Part shown: positions 26,325-38,759 of the stretch, piece after piece
Position numbering within the stretch: the stretch's first letter is position 1
Layout: every line of letters starts with the position of its first letter
Source of the DNA: Octopus vulgaris
Lineage: Eukaryota
NCBI GenBank assembly: GCA_951406725.2
Contig: OX597820.1
Span: forward strand, 94,674,001 to 94,738,000
Direction: 5' to 3'
DNA: 64,000 nucleotides
Program-made: the position numbers and the translations under genes
The notes under the pieces: model-generated
The model's database searches: none
Seen by the model: the letters and a program-made list of their open reading frames with translations, nothing else
Told to the model about the DNA's origin: nothing

Positions 26325-27200
26325 CACCTCTCTACCGTCATCTTCACAAATCGCTAATGCAATTGAGCGATTTAGTGAAGGACGGTTTTGTCATCCTACA
26401 TACATCTCAGATACACTCAGCATCTAGCGCTTCCATGCCTGAAGAGGTTGTCCCGAACAGGTTGTCGCGAACCAAACATCATTCTAGATGCAAAATGCTC
26501 AGTCTTGGTCTACGCTTGGCCCATGACTGAAGCTCAACCAACGTGACGAGCAACAGAAAGACATCTTGCACAAAAGACATGCATACTAGTTTGCCCTCGT
26601 TTTCAGCGTCGTAATCTAGATATTTCTACAGGTGCATCAACCTCAGCACAGCCGGCACGTCATCAAGAACAGAAACCCGAGACCACCACAGAGTAAGTAC
26701 TGACGACAGCTAGATTTTATGACTATTGCAACTTGACTCTTCCATAAGAATCGGAAAAGTAAGTGTTCTAATCTGGTTCGAGTTTTATTGGGACAAGCTA
26801 CGACTGTCAAACGGAAGTACACCACCGAAGCAATATACGCATTCACTGCTTCAGCTCAGCCTTCAGATACAGTTTCCTCGCAGCCAATCTCTAAATGAGA
26901 CTAGCCACCCTACTTGTAGCCGCATCCAAGTTCCTATCCACCTAGAGGTCTGGTCAGGACCAGACTCTGAGTACCTTCACCGGAACCTCGGCCCAGCAAC
27001 GGAAATCGCTACTGGTCAACATGAACTTGCGTAATTGCAAACCCACCAACTTGTCCTAGTTTATGCATACTCCTGTACATAATTGGTATTCTCTGAGGAT
27101 AGTGTCGATTACTTCTCTATCCGAAGACATACTTGACATCCGAAGACATATCTGACAGTGATGTCTTTCGCGTATGTGGACAAGACTCTCCTGTAACCCA
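26325..27200 (-). mobile_element. Old L1/Tx1-clade RT remnant
   Basis: STYAKDITV and AYIASVVYFRLTVVACP..RLEHLLFRFLWK..GGLG; aligns with the 45360-46001 ORF. Confidence 0.75.
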
Positions 27201-27211
27201 AAAATGTATTA

Positions 27212-27510
27212 AGGCGCAGGCTGTGTGATAAGAAGCGTGTTTCCCAACTGCATGGTTTCGGGTTCAGTCCTACTGCGTGGCACCTTGGGCAAGTGTCAAC
27301 CTCGGGCTGACCAAAGGCTTGTAAGTGGATTTGGTAGACGAAAAGTGTGTTTACGTCCCCGAAATTTAGCGATTCAGTAAAAGACACCGATAAAATAAGT
27401 ACTAGATTTACAAAGAATAAGTCCTGGGATTGATTTGTTCGACTGAAGGCGGTGCTCTAGCATGGTCGCAGTCAAATGACTGAAACAAGTAAAAGAATAA
27501 AAGAATAAAT
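27212..27510 (+). mobile_element. tRNA-derived SINE
   Basis: Same family as the 18068 and 28771 copies. Confidence 0.8.
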
Positions 27511-27715
27511 GAGTTTAATATAAAATAAAATAAAACAAAAAATAAACAAATAGTCAATTTGTATTTTATGCTATTAAAAAAAAGACTTTTCAGTGCACGA
27601 GTCATGTATCTACTTGTTTATTAGGAAACATGACATTTTAAAATACAGCATTTGATTAAAAGTGTTAAAACATCCTGGAGATTGGTTTTATTAGTAAAAT
27701 CACAAACGCCCCGCC

Positions 27716-27746
<31 letters not shown>

Positions 27747-28770
27747 GCAACGACAACACTACAACTACCACCATAACCAGTAGCATCATCACTATCATCA
27801 TTATTATCGTCAACATCAGCTTCATCATCGGGTCATCGAGGTCATACTGAGACAGGGGTATTTCTCAGGTTAGCAGATAGACACAGTCGTATAAGGAATT
27901 GCCCGAACAAAATTGCAAAACTTTAAGAATTCTGGCGCAAAGCATCTATTAGATCAATGAAAAAAATAATGCATTAAATTATTCGCATAAAATTACGTGC
28001 ACTTTCTTGCCGCTTAATATACCGCGTTTAGTTCACTCTGTAAATGAATTACCTAAAAAAATATCTACCGTAAGTGGACTTTAAAGAACTCAAAGCATTC
28101 ACAGAAAATATTTCTCAATATTCTTCAACCTTGCTAAAACTAAGAAATTCCATGAAATTAGACCTTTCTAAGGATGAATATATTGCTTTTTATTTGCTAA
28201 CTACTGTGTCAATAATGTTTTCTGTGTTTCTTTTTTTTTTTTTGTATTACTGAATCAATATATTTTCCGTCAAAGGCGGCGAGCTGGCAGAGTCGTTAGC
28301 ATGCCGGGCGAAATGCGTAGCCGTATTTCGTCTGCCGTTACGTTCTGAGTTCAAATTCCGCCGAGGTCGACTTTGCCTGAAAGGAGTAAAACATATGCTA
28401 ATTTTTAACGTGGAACGTAGCTGATAGACTTCAATACTGCAAGCATTTCTGAAATATGAATCATACTAAGATTAGAATAGCTGTATGAAGGGCGTAAAGA
28501 CATAAATCCTGAAATCGCTCAGAACTTTCCAGTCCTCCATGTCACAACTACAACTTTGATCTTTATGAGCCCCAATGCTGTTCACTGTTCACCATTGCAT
28601 CAAGCTGTTCCCGACAAAAAAGGAGACATAAAATCCCCAATGTTAACCCCGAACGCCCTGAATATATGAAACGAAAATCATAATATGCACATTGAGTACT
28701 TTTCCAGTTAATGTTTTGGATCTCTTTATGTATCACTATACATAAAAACACGCATATACATACTCAAATA

Positions 28771-29192
28771 GGCGCAGGAGTGTCTATGTGGTAAGTAGCT
28801 TGTTTACCAACCACATGGTTCCGGGTTTAGTCCCACTGCGTGGCACCTTGGGCAAGTATCTTCTACTATAGCCTCGGGCCGACCAAAGCCTTGTGAGTGG
28901 ATTTGGTAGACGGAAACTGAAAGACACTCATCGTATATATGTATATATATATGTGTGTGTCTGTGTGTTTGTGTGTCTGTGTTTGTCCCCTAGCATTGCT
29001 TGACAACCGATGCTGGTGTGTTTGTGTCCCCGTTACTTAGCAGTTCGGCAAAAGAGACCGATAGAATAAGTACTGGGCTTACAAAGAATAAGTCCCGGGG
29101 TCGATTTGCTCGACTAAAGGCGGTGCTCCAGCATGGCCGCAGTCAAATGACTGAAACAAGTAAAAGAGTAAAAGAGTAAAGAGTAAAGAGTA
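28771..29192 (+). mobile_element. Near full-length tRNA-derived SINE
   Basis: GGCGCAGGAGTGTCTATGTGGTAAG head through GAAACAAGTAAAAGAG(TAAAGAG)n tail. Confidence 0.88.
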
Positions 29193-30994
29193 AATACATA
29201 TGCATACATATATTCCTACACACATATATATGCATACATACATGAATGTATGTATGTATGTATAATACAATGTTCCACATAAACACTGAACAGTTTGCTT
29301 AGCAACAAATATAAACTAAACACGGATATTCGAAACTAAAGGATATCTAAATATATGTTAATATAAAATGACACTTAAATACAACTGTTCAAATGAATAA
29401 ATATTTATTGTTGTTTTCCCCATGGTATTTTTGAGCTTAGCAAGTCAAGGAGTGCTTACTTCTCACACCTCACACGTATTTATTCCGTCATTTGCAATAA
29501 GTTTCAATTTCGTGTATAGATTTAACATCGATAAACACAGATTGCAATTGCTATTATCGCTTGATTTTTATTTGTGAGAAGAGAGCCTGGCTTATTGGAT
29601 TAAATTTTGATAAAGCAATTCAAAATATATGTACTGATTGAATCGTCTCCAATACCTACTCTAAAACCTTGTAATATTGTGTTACTGCTCCTTATATCAT
29701 ACTATGTTGTTGTTGGAATTTCTATTGAAAACTAGTTTAGTTTGTTGCAGCATTTAGATGTTTTTTATAAAATATATCGAGAAGTTTTGGCATTTTCTAT
29801 CACCTATTTGAAACGTTTCGTCAAACTTTGGGGGGTAACTTTAACAGAGTCCACCCTGTTGTAATCATTCAGAACTGGTCTCTGGCATAAAGAGCTCTCT
29901 TCCTTTCTTTACACCAGTCTCAGGGGTCTTGAAAACAATCTTGGCAATTGTACTTCTTCAGGAGAATAAACCAAAATAAAAGAAAACTTCAGAAAAAGTT
30001 TGTGATGGAGCGAGGAAGAGGGGAATTCTGACATTTAGAAACTTTAGAAAATATGAATTTTAGAAAGGTTAATAAATATTGATGGATGACTATTAATAGA
30101 CAATGAAAAGGAATAATATTATCAGAAGGAGGTGGGTTGTCGCTAAAAATAAATCAGTAAGAAAGGCAAAGCAAAAACAGTGGGAGACAATGAAAAAGGT
30201 AGATAGTTAAAATGATCAAGTAAATGTTCTCATATATGTTCGACCATATGTACACATATACACATGCACATAAGTGTGAATTTAAACACAGCAGAGTTCA
30301 AAGTGTTCGGTAAGTGAAAAGGGGAAAATTGCAATGAGCAGTAAGGAAACTGATGTTTCTGACCCTTGCCCAAACGTTTTAACAAAGGACACATTGAATA
30401 ATGATGTAGTTCTAGATATAATAATCTTTGAAATGATGGATGGTCATAGCTGGAATGACTTTTGATCAATCTGGGCTAACTTGGATCTGAACAACAACAG
30501 CTGTACGTTATTCTTCTACATCTGCTAAAAATAACGAACAAATTTTGCCCACATCACACAACCGTCTTAAAAATCGAAGAACACTCATTAGATGATTTAT
30601 TTCAAGATACAGAAACGAAAGATGGAATAGTCATGATTTGAATGTCTTTGAACAGAGGGCTGTTTGATTATGGCTGATCTGGTGTTAAACAATAACTATA
30701 TTGCTATGTGCAGTATATAATCAAAACAGCATGACCGAACCTGGTAAAACCTCTTTGATGCTTGAAATAGCACCTGGGGATTCTTCAAATACATGATCCA
30801 GCATCTCTATACTTCAAATTTTCCTGTGGACCAATTTTTGGTCAGTTGTATCGACTTACACCCCAGATCTTATGTGAAGCTATTAATCTCTATACTTGGT
30901 ACCACGATTATAAGAATAAGGTGCATTTAGTAGCAATGAAGGATTTTCTTTCTAATTCGAAATGATGTATGCCTAGATCTTTCTTTAATGTATT

Positions 30995-31943
30995 TTTAAA
31001 TTGGTTCCCTAAAATTCCTTGCTCTTTTCTTTAAATCTCTCTTTAATGCACTGCCTTTTCTCTACCTTACCTCAACTATTTCCTTGTCCAATCTTCTGTA
31101 TTGTGCACTTATACATATTTTTACTTGTTTCAGTTTTGGACTGCGATTATGCTGAAACATCGCCTTCTGGCTTTAAGTCGGTTTACGTTTATCAAATAGC
31201 TATTCGCCTTTAGTTTAAAGGGTCGCGACTGGACAAGGTAGATGACTTGCTACAAATGCGTATTGAGCACTTTGGCATTTTATAAAGAAGGATAGATAGA
31301 TAGATAGATAGATAGGTAGATAGATAGATAGATAGATAGATATATGCATGCATATATAAAGATCCCCTTCGGTCATAGATGACCATGGGTGTGCACTTAG
31401 AAAGTTCCCACCACCACCATCCGTGGCACAAGTCCAAGCAAGATTGTTTATGAAAGACCAACAGTCGCCCATGCATACCTGCCTCCCCTCTCCACGCCAC
31501 AGATGTTATCCAAGGGAAAGGCAAAGGCCGATACAGCTTGACACCTGTGACGTCGCAACTCATTTCTACAGCTCAGTGAACTGGTGCAACGTGAAAAAAA
31601 GTGTCAAGAACACAACTCACAGCCCAGACGAGATTCGAACTCACTACTTCTTGATTGTGAGCCCGCTGCTCTAACCACTAAGCCATGCGCTTTGCTTGAG
31701 TCTTTGCTTATAAGAAATAGGTTCTAACATGCTGTTTCAATTAATATCAGTTATCGTGATTCAGAAAGCCGTTTGTTTTCGTAGGATTAATATATGACTG
31801 GCTTTATTTATTTATTAATGTTTCTTGCTTAGCTACGTCACAATGTGTCGCAAGAAAATTATGTTACTAAAGGAATAAGAGAAGGATTTTCAGTAATGAA
31901 ACATATGTACGTATATATATGTATAATATACATATATATACAT

Positions 31944-31981
<38 letters not shown>

Positions 31982-32290
31982 TAGACATGGCCTGGACCAA
32001 TCTTTGGTCGAAACATATCTAAGTTTTATCTAAGTTTTATATATATATATATATATATACGTGTTTGTGTGTGAGAGAGAGTGTGTGTCTGTACATACAT
32101 GCATGTATACACATATTATTTATGCATGTATATATGTATATATGTGTGTATTTGTGTATGTATTTTTGACGGTCTGAGTGCACACGCGCGCGCGAACACA
32201 CACACGTGCGAGGATGTAGGTGCAAAACAAGTTGGAGAAAATTGTACTCGAATTACAAAAGCTGAGTGAAATGGTATTTTATTGAAGGTA
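30995..32290. repeat. Old duplicated block, copy A (paralog at 53715-55280)
   Basis: Collinear unique sequence (TTGGTTCCC..., GGACTGCGATT.TGCTGA.., TCAGAAAGCCG.TTGTTTTCGT.GGATTAA, GGAGAAAATTG.ACTCGAA) including the same SINE. Confidence 0.85.
31361..31690 (-). mobile_element. tRNA-derived SINE (second copy at 54320-54632 within the duplicate)
   Basis: Minus head GCGCATGGCTTAGTGGTTAGAG...GAGTTCGAATC. Confidence 0.75.
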
Positions 32291-32478
32291 GAAAGACTTT
32301 GCAAACTGTTACTCAGGGTTACACTTAACAGATTCTGCCCGAAAATTATTACGCTAAACATGCACTTGTCGGTGGAATACTCATCCACTTCATACGCTAC
32401 TTCATGAAGTAGGTGGGAGTAATAGATCAAATAGCTGGACAGTCAAATATCGAATTTAACATTGTATACGTGTGTGTT

Positions 32479-32557
<79 letters not shown>

Positions 32558-32614
32558 GGACAGATAGATAGATGGATGGATGGATGGATGGATGGATGGA
32601 TGGATGGATGGATG

Positions 32615-32693
<79 letters not shown>

Positions 32694-32754
32694 GGGTGGA
32701 TGGATGGATGGATGGATGGATGGATGGATGGATGGATGGATGGATGGATGGATG

Positions 32755-32837
<83 letters not shown>

Positions 32838-32838
<1 letters not shown>

Positions 32839-35238
32839 CTGCCAGTTGCAGTATACTGCTGCCAAGACGTCTCCAAACAAGTCTGGCATACAATTGCACA
32901 ACTCGTAGGGCAGACCATCCAAACCCGGCGATTTGTCTCTCGAGCATTCTGCCATCGCGTCCCGCACATCCGCCGCCGTGATGGCACCTTCGCAGCACTC
33001 TGCCTCTCTTGCCGAGAGTCGTGGTAGGCTGTGCAGGTAGGCTGTGCAGGTAGGCACTGAAGTCCACCCTGCGTTCACGCTCACCACTCGTCCCGTACAG
33101 TCGGGCAAAGTACCGCTGAAATGTCTCGCACATCTTGCTGAGCTCGAGCAATTCGTGCCCTTGTTCATCTACCAGAGACCGAATGGTGGCTTTGTTGCCC
33201 TGTTGCGCCTCCGCCACCCGGGCCTCCCTCGCGGCTCCAACACCTTCCATCCTTAGAGCACGCATCCTAGCCCTGACAGCAGACCCTTCGTGTTTGGCGT
33301 TGAAGTGTTGGTCAAGGGCCAACCTCCCTGCTAAAACGTCGGATGTGATGCCGCTTCTTATTGCCTCTTCTAACTTCTTAACTAACTCACCCTCTACTAT
33401 ATTTCTATCTACGGCTAGTGCCTTGCTATATCTAATTGCTTCCGCTTTTACTGCTCTCTTGAGGGCGAACCACCATTTGTTGTTGACAATGGCTCCCGTT
33501 AAAGCCCTTTTTACTAACGTGTTGATTCTGTCTCTGGACGGGAATGATGCGTTCAGTTTCCAGTAACCAGGACCCTGTCTATGTGCCTTATCTAAGTCTA
33601 GCGTACACGTCACGAATTTGTGATCCGTGTAGCTGACTGTGTGGAATTGTGGACATCCTAAGTTATCCCTGTCTACTGTCCTACACAGTATCCTATCTAG
33701 ATACGATCTCGACGACCCACTGCGGTTGCTCCATGTCCACGTTGGTGCATTTGGGTGGTCAAGTCGGTACCTGTCAGACAGTTGGAATCGTCTGAGCAGG
33801 TCTCTGAGGCATTTGCATCCCCTTCTGTTTTTGTCTCTCCCCACATAGTCTAGATGCGTGTCCAAGGTAGCATTCCAATCCCCCACTAAAAGTAAAGGAC
33901 GAGACGTTCCCAGGAATACTTCTAGACGTCGAAAGAAATCCGGCCGACCTGTTAAAGGCGGTGCGTAGACTGATACGAGTCGAAAAGCGCACCCATTGTT
34001 GCCGTCGACATCCAGAACGACCAGTCTACCCTCCGGGTCTACGAATATCGTCTTGACTTCGAGATCCAGGCTCTTGTGAAAAAGTACCGCGGTGCCACTA
34101 CCGCCCATCCTCGGCAGACAGGGAGCAAAATAAATGTTAAACTGTCCGCCAAACATGGACTTTAGGGCCCGTGAGTCTGGTCTCACTTATGGCTATGATT
34201 CCCAAATCGTGTGACTTGATGTCATTTAGGAGGTATCCTTGTTTCCAAGGAGACCCCAACCCATGCGCATTCACACAACCAATCTTGACCATGATTCTAT
34301 AGGGGTGTGTGCTTTAAAACACAAAAAGGAAAGTACAGAGAGTTACTTACTTGTGTCGAAAGTTTTGGCTTCCTCATTCTTTGATGTGTCTTGGAGGAGG
34401 TTTTTATCGAGTTTTTGTGACAGGTATTTTTGGAACCCCCCAACAGCATTTGGAAAGAGGGCTTTGAGTGTGTGGTGTTGTGTTTGTGTGGTGTGTAGTA
34501 TTTTGATGTGTTTGGGTGGTGTAGTGCGTGGATGGTTGTTAGTTTTGAAGTCATCTTCACAGATGTTTGTGTGGGCTGTGATGTACTCCATTAGTTTGGA
34601 GTCTTTTGTGTCTATCGCTGATAGCATTGTGTGTGTTTTTGTGGTGTTGGTGCTTGTTTGGTTGTGTATGGAGCTTTCAGGGTTCAGGTATCTCCCTGCT
34701 TAGGTTGTGTTTTCTTGTTTGTTTTTTTTTATCTTTTTCTTTTACCCCCGGTGGCTATTTGCCATTCTGTCGAACTTTCATCGTTAGATGAAAAGTCTGA
34801 CGAATCAGCAGGGGGTAAGGGTAAAGCATCTGGGTCTGTTTGTGCGGTTGTAGATATTGTTGTGGTGTGCGGGGGGGGCGGTTGCGGGAGGGTTTGGTGT
34901 GGTGATTGTCTCTCCTACATCCTTGGTGCTTGTCTTCTTCGTTGTTGTTCTCGGTGTTGGAATTGGTTTAGTTGGTGTTGGTGGTGATGGTTCTGTTCTT
35001 GGCACAGGTGCTGGTGTTGTTTGGTTGGGTTGGTCCGTTCTTTGTTGCTTTTCATGCATTTTTGCATATAGATTCTTGATTAGCCGTCCATACTGTGGTG
35101 TGGGCAATAATGCTGGCTTTTGTGGTTTTTCCTGTGGCTGTTGTTGTTGTTGTTTCGCGGCAGATTTACACTCCTTTTTGAGGTGAGTTTCACTGCCGCA
35201 TGTATAGCAGCGTGGCCTTCTGCCATCGACTACTACAT
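32838..35238 (-). mobile_element. L1/Tx1-clade LINE internal fragment (ORF1 zinc knuckle, APE endonuclease, start of RT) bracketed by (GATA)n
   Basis: ORF1 [14 protein letters not shown]; ORF2 [45 protein letters not shown]. Confidence 0.92.
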
Positions 35239-35258
35239 ACAGATAGATAGATAGATAA

Positions 35259-35472
<214 letters not shown>

Positions 35473-35512
35473 GATGGATGGATGGATGGATGGATGGATG
35501 GATGGATGGATG

Positions 35513-35571
<59 letters not shown>

Positions 35572-35794
35572 GGATGGATAGATAGATGACATACACACAA
35601 TCACACACGTACATATATATATATATACACACACACATATATATATATATATACATATATATATAGTTGAAATTTACTGAAAAACAAAAGACGAACAAGC
35701 AATGAGAAAGCCTTTTCGTTTCGAGCCTACGCTCTTCACTTCAACAGAAAGGAACAAACACGAGATAATAAACAGAGAATAAAAATCTTTTGGA

Positions 35795-35868
<74 letters not shown>

Positions 35869-36134
35869 ATATAAGTGTGTGTCTGTTTGTGTGTCTGTGT
35901 GTCTGTGTATGTGTGTGTGTGTGTGTGTGTATAGCAATAAGAAAATGGAGAGGGTCAATAGGTGGTTCATAAACTTTTAGACATTATATTATGTCAATTT
36001 ATTTATTTATTTACTAACATGACAATTACGAGAATATACATACATGAATAAGATATGCTTTACATATAAAATATATATATAAAGATACCAGTAATTATTA
36101 AAATATAACATGCAGGAATATAAATTGGGAAAAT

Positions 36135-36258
36135 ATCTTACAGCTGTTTCAGCCAAGAGGTAAAAATACCTCATTCTACCTTTATTCCTGCAGTAGACTG
36201 AAGTAATTAGTAGATGAAATTGAGGTACTTGGGTGTTTCTCTAGCCTTCGTCGGAGAT
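36135..36258 (-). ncRNA. Hammerhead ribozyme motif with ~97-nt stem II and palindromic stem III; core variant CCGACGA
   Basis: ATCT-CCGACGA-AGGCTAGAG...GTACCTCA...TGAGGTAT...CTCTTGGCT-GAAA-CAGCTG-TA-AGAT. Confidence 0.6.
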
Positions 36259-36420
36259 TTTAGAAAGTACATAAGGTTAATGCAATAAAAAACACTTGTG
36301 TATTAATAATTAGGTATTCTACCAACAGTATATTGGATAGATATTATCCCTTAGTTGGTTGGATTCACGACCTCTAACTTTCTTGGAATTAATATATGTG
36401 TGTGTGTGTATGTATATATA

Positions 36421-36469
<49 letters not shown>

Positions 36470-36544
36470 CATTTCAAAATGTAACCACATGTGAATCGTT
36501 GGCGATTTTCTTCCTCCGTCTTCCTTTCTATCGGACTTTCCTCT

Positions 36545-36579
36545 GTTTCTGAAGATGCGCGTTGCTCGAAACGTTAAAC
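36545..36579 (+). ncRNA. Minimal hammerhead ribozyme (Penelope pLTR type)
   Basis: GTTT-CTGAAGA-T-GCGC gtt GCTC-GAAA-CG-TT-AAAC; same repeat family as 16196. Confidence 0.65.
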
Positions 36580-36737
36580 TATCTTCCTTTCCTTCCCTGA
36601 GCGTCTGCCAATACTTTACATGTACCACGTCCTCGCGTTGTTGTTTTTTTTTTTTGCGTTTGTTCTTTTTTAGATGCTGAATGCGATTTTCTTTCGTTTG
36701 TCCACTGACTCATATGTTTGTGTATGTACTTATGCAC

Positions 36738-36771
<34 letters not shown>

Positions 36772-37530
36772 TACACACACACACACACACACACAAGAAA
36801 TAGCGGAAAGCAATGATGTAGAATAAAAACAGTTCAAATATGCTTGTGACATATTTATCATGTAAATTTCACTGAAGTTTACTGTGAAGAAAATATTCTT
36901 ATTTTTGGTAAAAGAGTAAATATACCATTATCATCTCAGCTACGCCCTCGCTTACACCCCTAGAAGCATTTCTGGCTCATTGAGACATTTTCAGTGGGAA
37001 ATGAGAGAGAAAGAGAGAGAACTCTCTTCTTAATAGAAATCCGTAGCTTTATAATAGTTAATCCTAGTGATTTAATTGTACTTGGTGTTATATCTCTTAG
37101 CTCCAATCCTTGGAAAGTGTGATAGGCAAAGTGTGTTGGACTTGATTTTGAATTTCCCATCTCAGGTCTCTATTGCCACGCAAATTTTCCTTAACTCTAA
37201 CAAGAGGTTTCTAGTATCCTTTCTTGTTTTGAGAGGTTCATCAGTGTCCGATGTGTTCCGGAACGTTTGTTGCACACATTCTAAACAGTTCCATCCGCTC
37301 CAAACTTACCTCTAATTCCAATGATGGTAAGTCGAATATGTGAATCTGTTCGAAACTCTTTGTAAACTGTCTCTACACTTCGACTACTTTTTCCAACTTC
37401 CGGTAGCACTTTAGGATAATTTTCCTTTGTTCAAAGCTTCGTCTAGTTCCCTTAGGTGTTTATAAAGGGTTATACCAAACACAAATTTAGTTATTATGTG
37501 TGCGTATATATACATACACACACACACATG

Positions 37531-37593
<63 letters not shown>

Positions 37594-37856
37594 GTATATT
37601 TATATGTATATATATATATATATATATAAGGATAAGATCGTTAATTCAAATATCGATCTTATCAAGTGGCCAGCATAGCAATAAAAACCTTCAAAGGTAA
37701 TAATTATTATTAAAATCATAATTAAGGGTATCTAAGAGATACCTCCACGCTGGAAATAGCAGCCAAAACTTGAATGTAAAACCAAATTAAATGTTCATAC
37801 AGCGCCAGGAGAGAAGACAAAAGGACAAAATAAACTAGCAAAAAAATTACTGGATA

Positions 37857-37914
37857 ATTCCAGATCCCGGATTTCTGGCTTTGCGTAAGAAATGCTTTGT
37901 CTCATCAGTGGAAT
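37857..37914 (-). ncRNA. Hammerhead-like motif with poorly paired stem II
   Basis: ATTCCA-CTGATGA-(26 nt)-GAAA-TCCGGGA-TC-TGGAAT; 6-bp stem I, AUC triplet. Confidence 0.5.
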
Positions 37915-38371
37915 ATACACAGACAGTAACATAAATACACATATATATATATATATACATATAACATACACAAAGCATATACACTTTCAGCTTCATACCA
38001 ACTATTACTGGAGTTACAAGATACATATCAGCCCATATGGATCAAAGTATAGCTGAATTTGAGTTCTTGAGGAAAGAACGCAAATCTTCGGGTCTATAGA
38101 AATCTGCAAGACCTTCTTAACTTTTAAAGGATCATGAACCAAACAAGATCTTTTATTTCGCAAGATTGCTACCAAATAGGTGACCAGTCAAAATTTACTC
38201 TAAACTAAAAGGAGAAAGAGAACATACATATATAACATACATATACCGAGCTACTAAACCTTCTTTGGACTATACAATGGAGGCTGAAACTTCGAAGACG
38301 CTTTCACCACTCTTCTAGTAAGCGTATAATTACTATGTACTCTACAAAAAGTACTGAGTAATTCTTTGGTT

Positions 38372-38675
38372 CAATACTTCTCAACTGGAGTCCGTATGGC
38401 CTCTGAGGGCCCATATATGATGTTTGTTGATACACACAAGGAAACAGTAAACTGAGGCGCCTGAAAAATTTTGGTTCAGGTATATGTATTGGTATATATT
38501 GCAAGAGTCAGCTAGGTTTCTTTCTCTAACATTTTACATAGTTCAACCTACAAAAGTTAATGTGTGAAAAAATAAATTTTGAAAGAAGCTTCAATCATCG
38601 AATGGCTAAGGGAGTCCACCAGAATAAAATAATAATCAAAGAGGTCCATATATAAAAAATGGTTGGGAAACCCTT
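38372..38675. mobile_element. Possible hAT-type MITE
   Basis: Ends CAATACTTCTCAAC.. and ..GGTTGGGAAACCCT with subterminal G.GTCC motifs; degraded. Confidence 0.4.
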
Positions 38676-38759
38676 CTCTTAAGTTCGATATAGAAACACA
38701 CACTTCGAAAATTACCTGTGGTGTTTCAGAAAAAAATTATATTTAAGGGCGAATTGATA

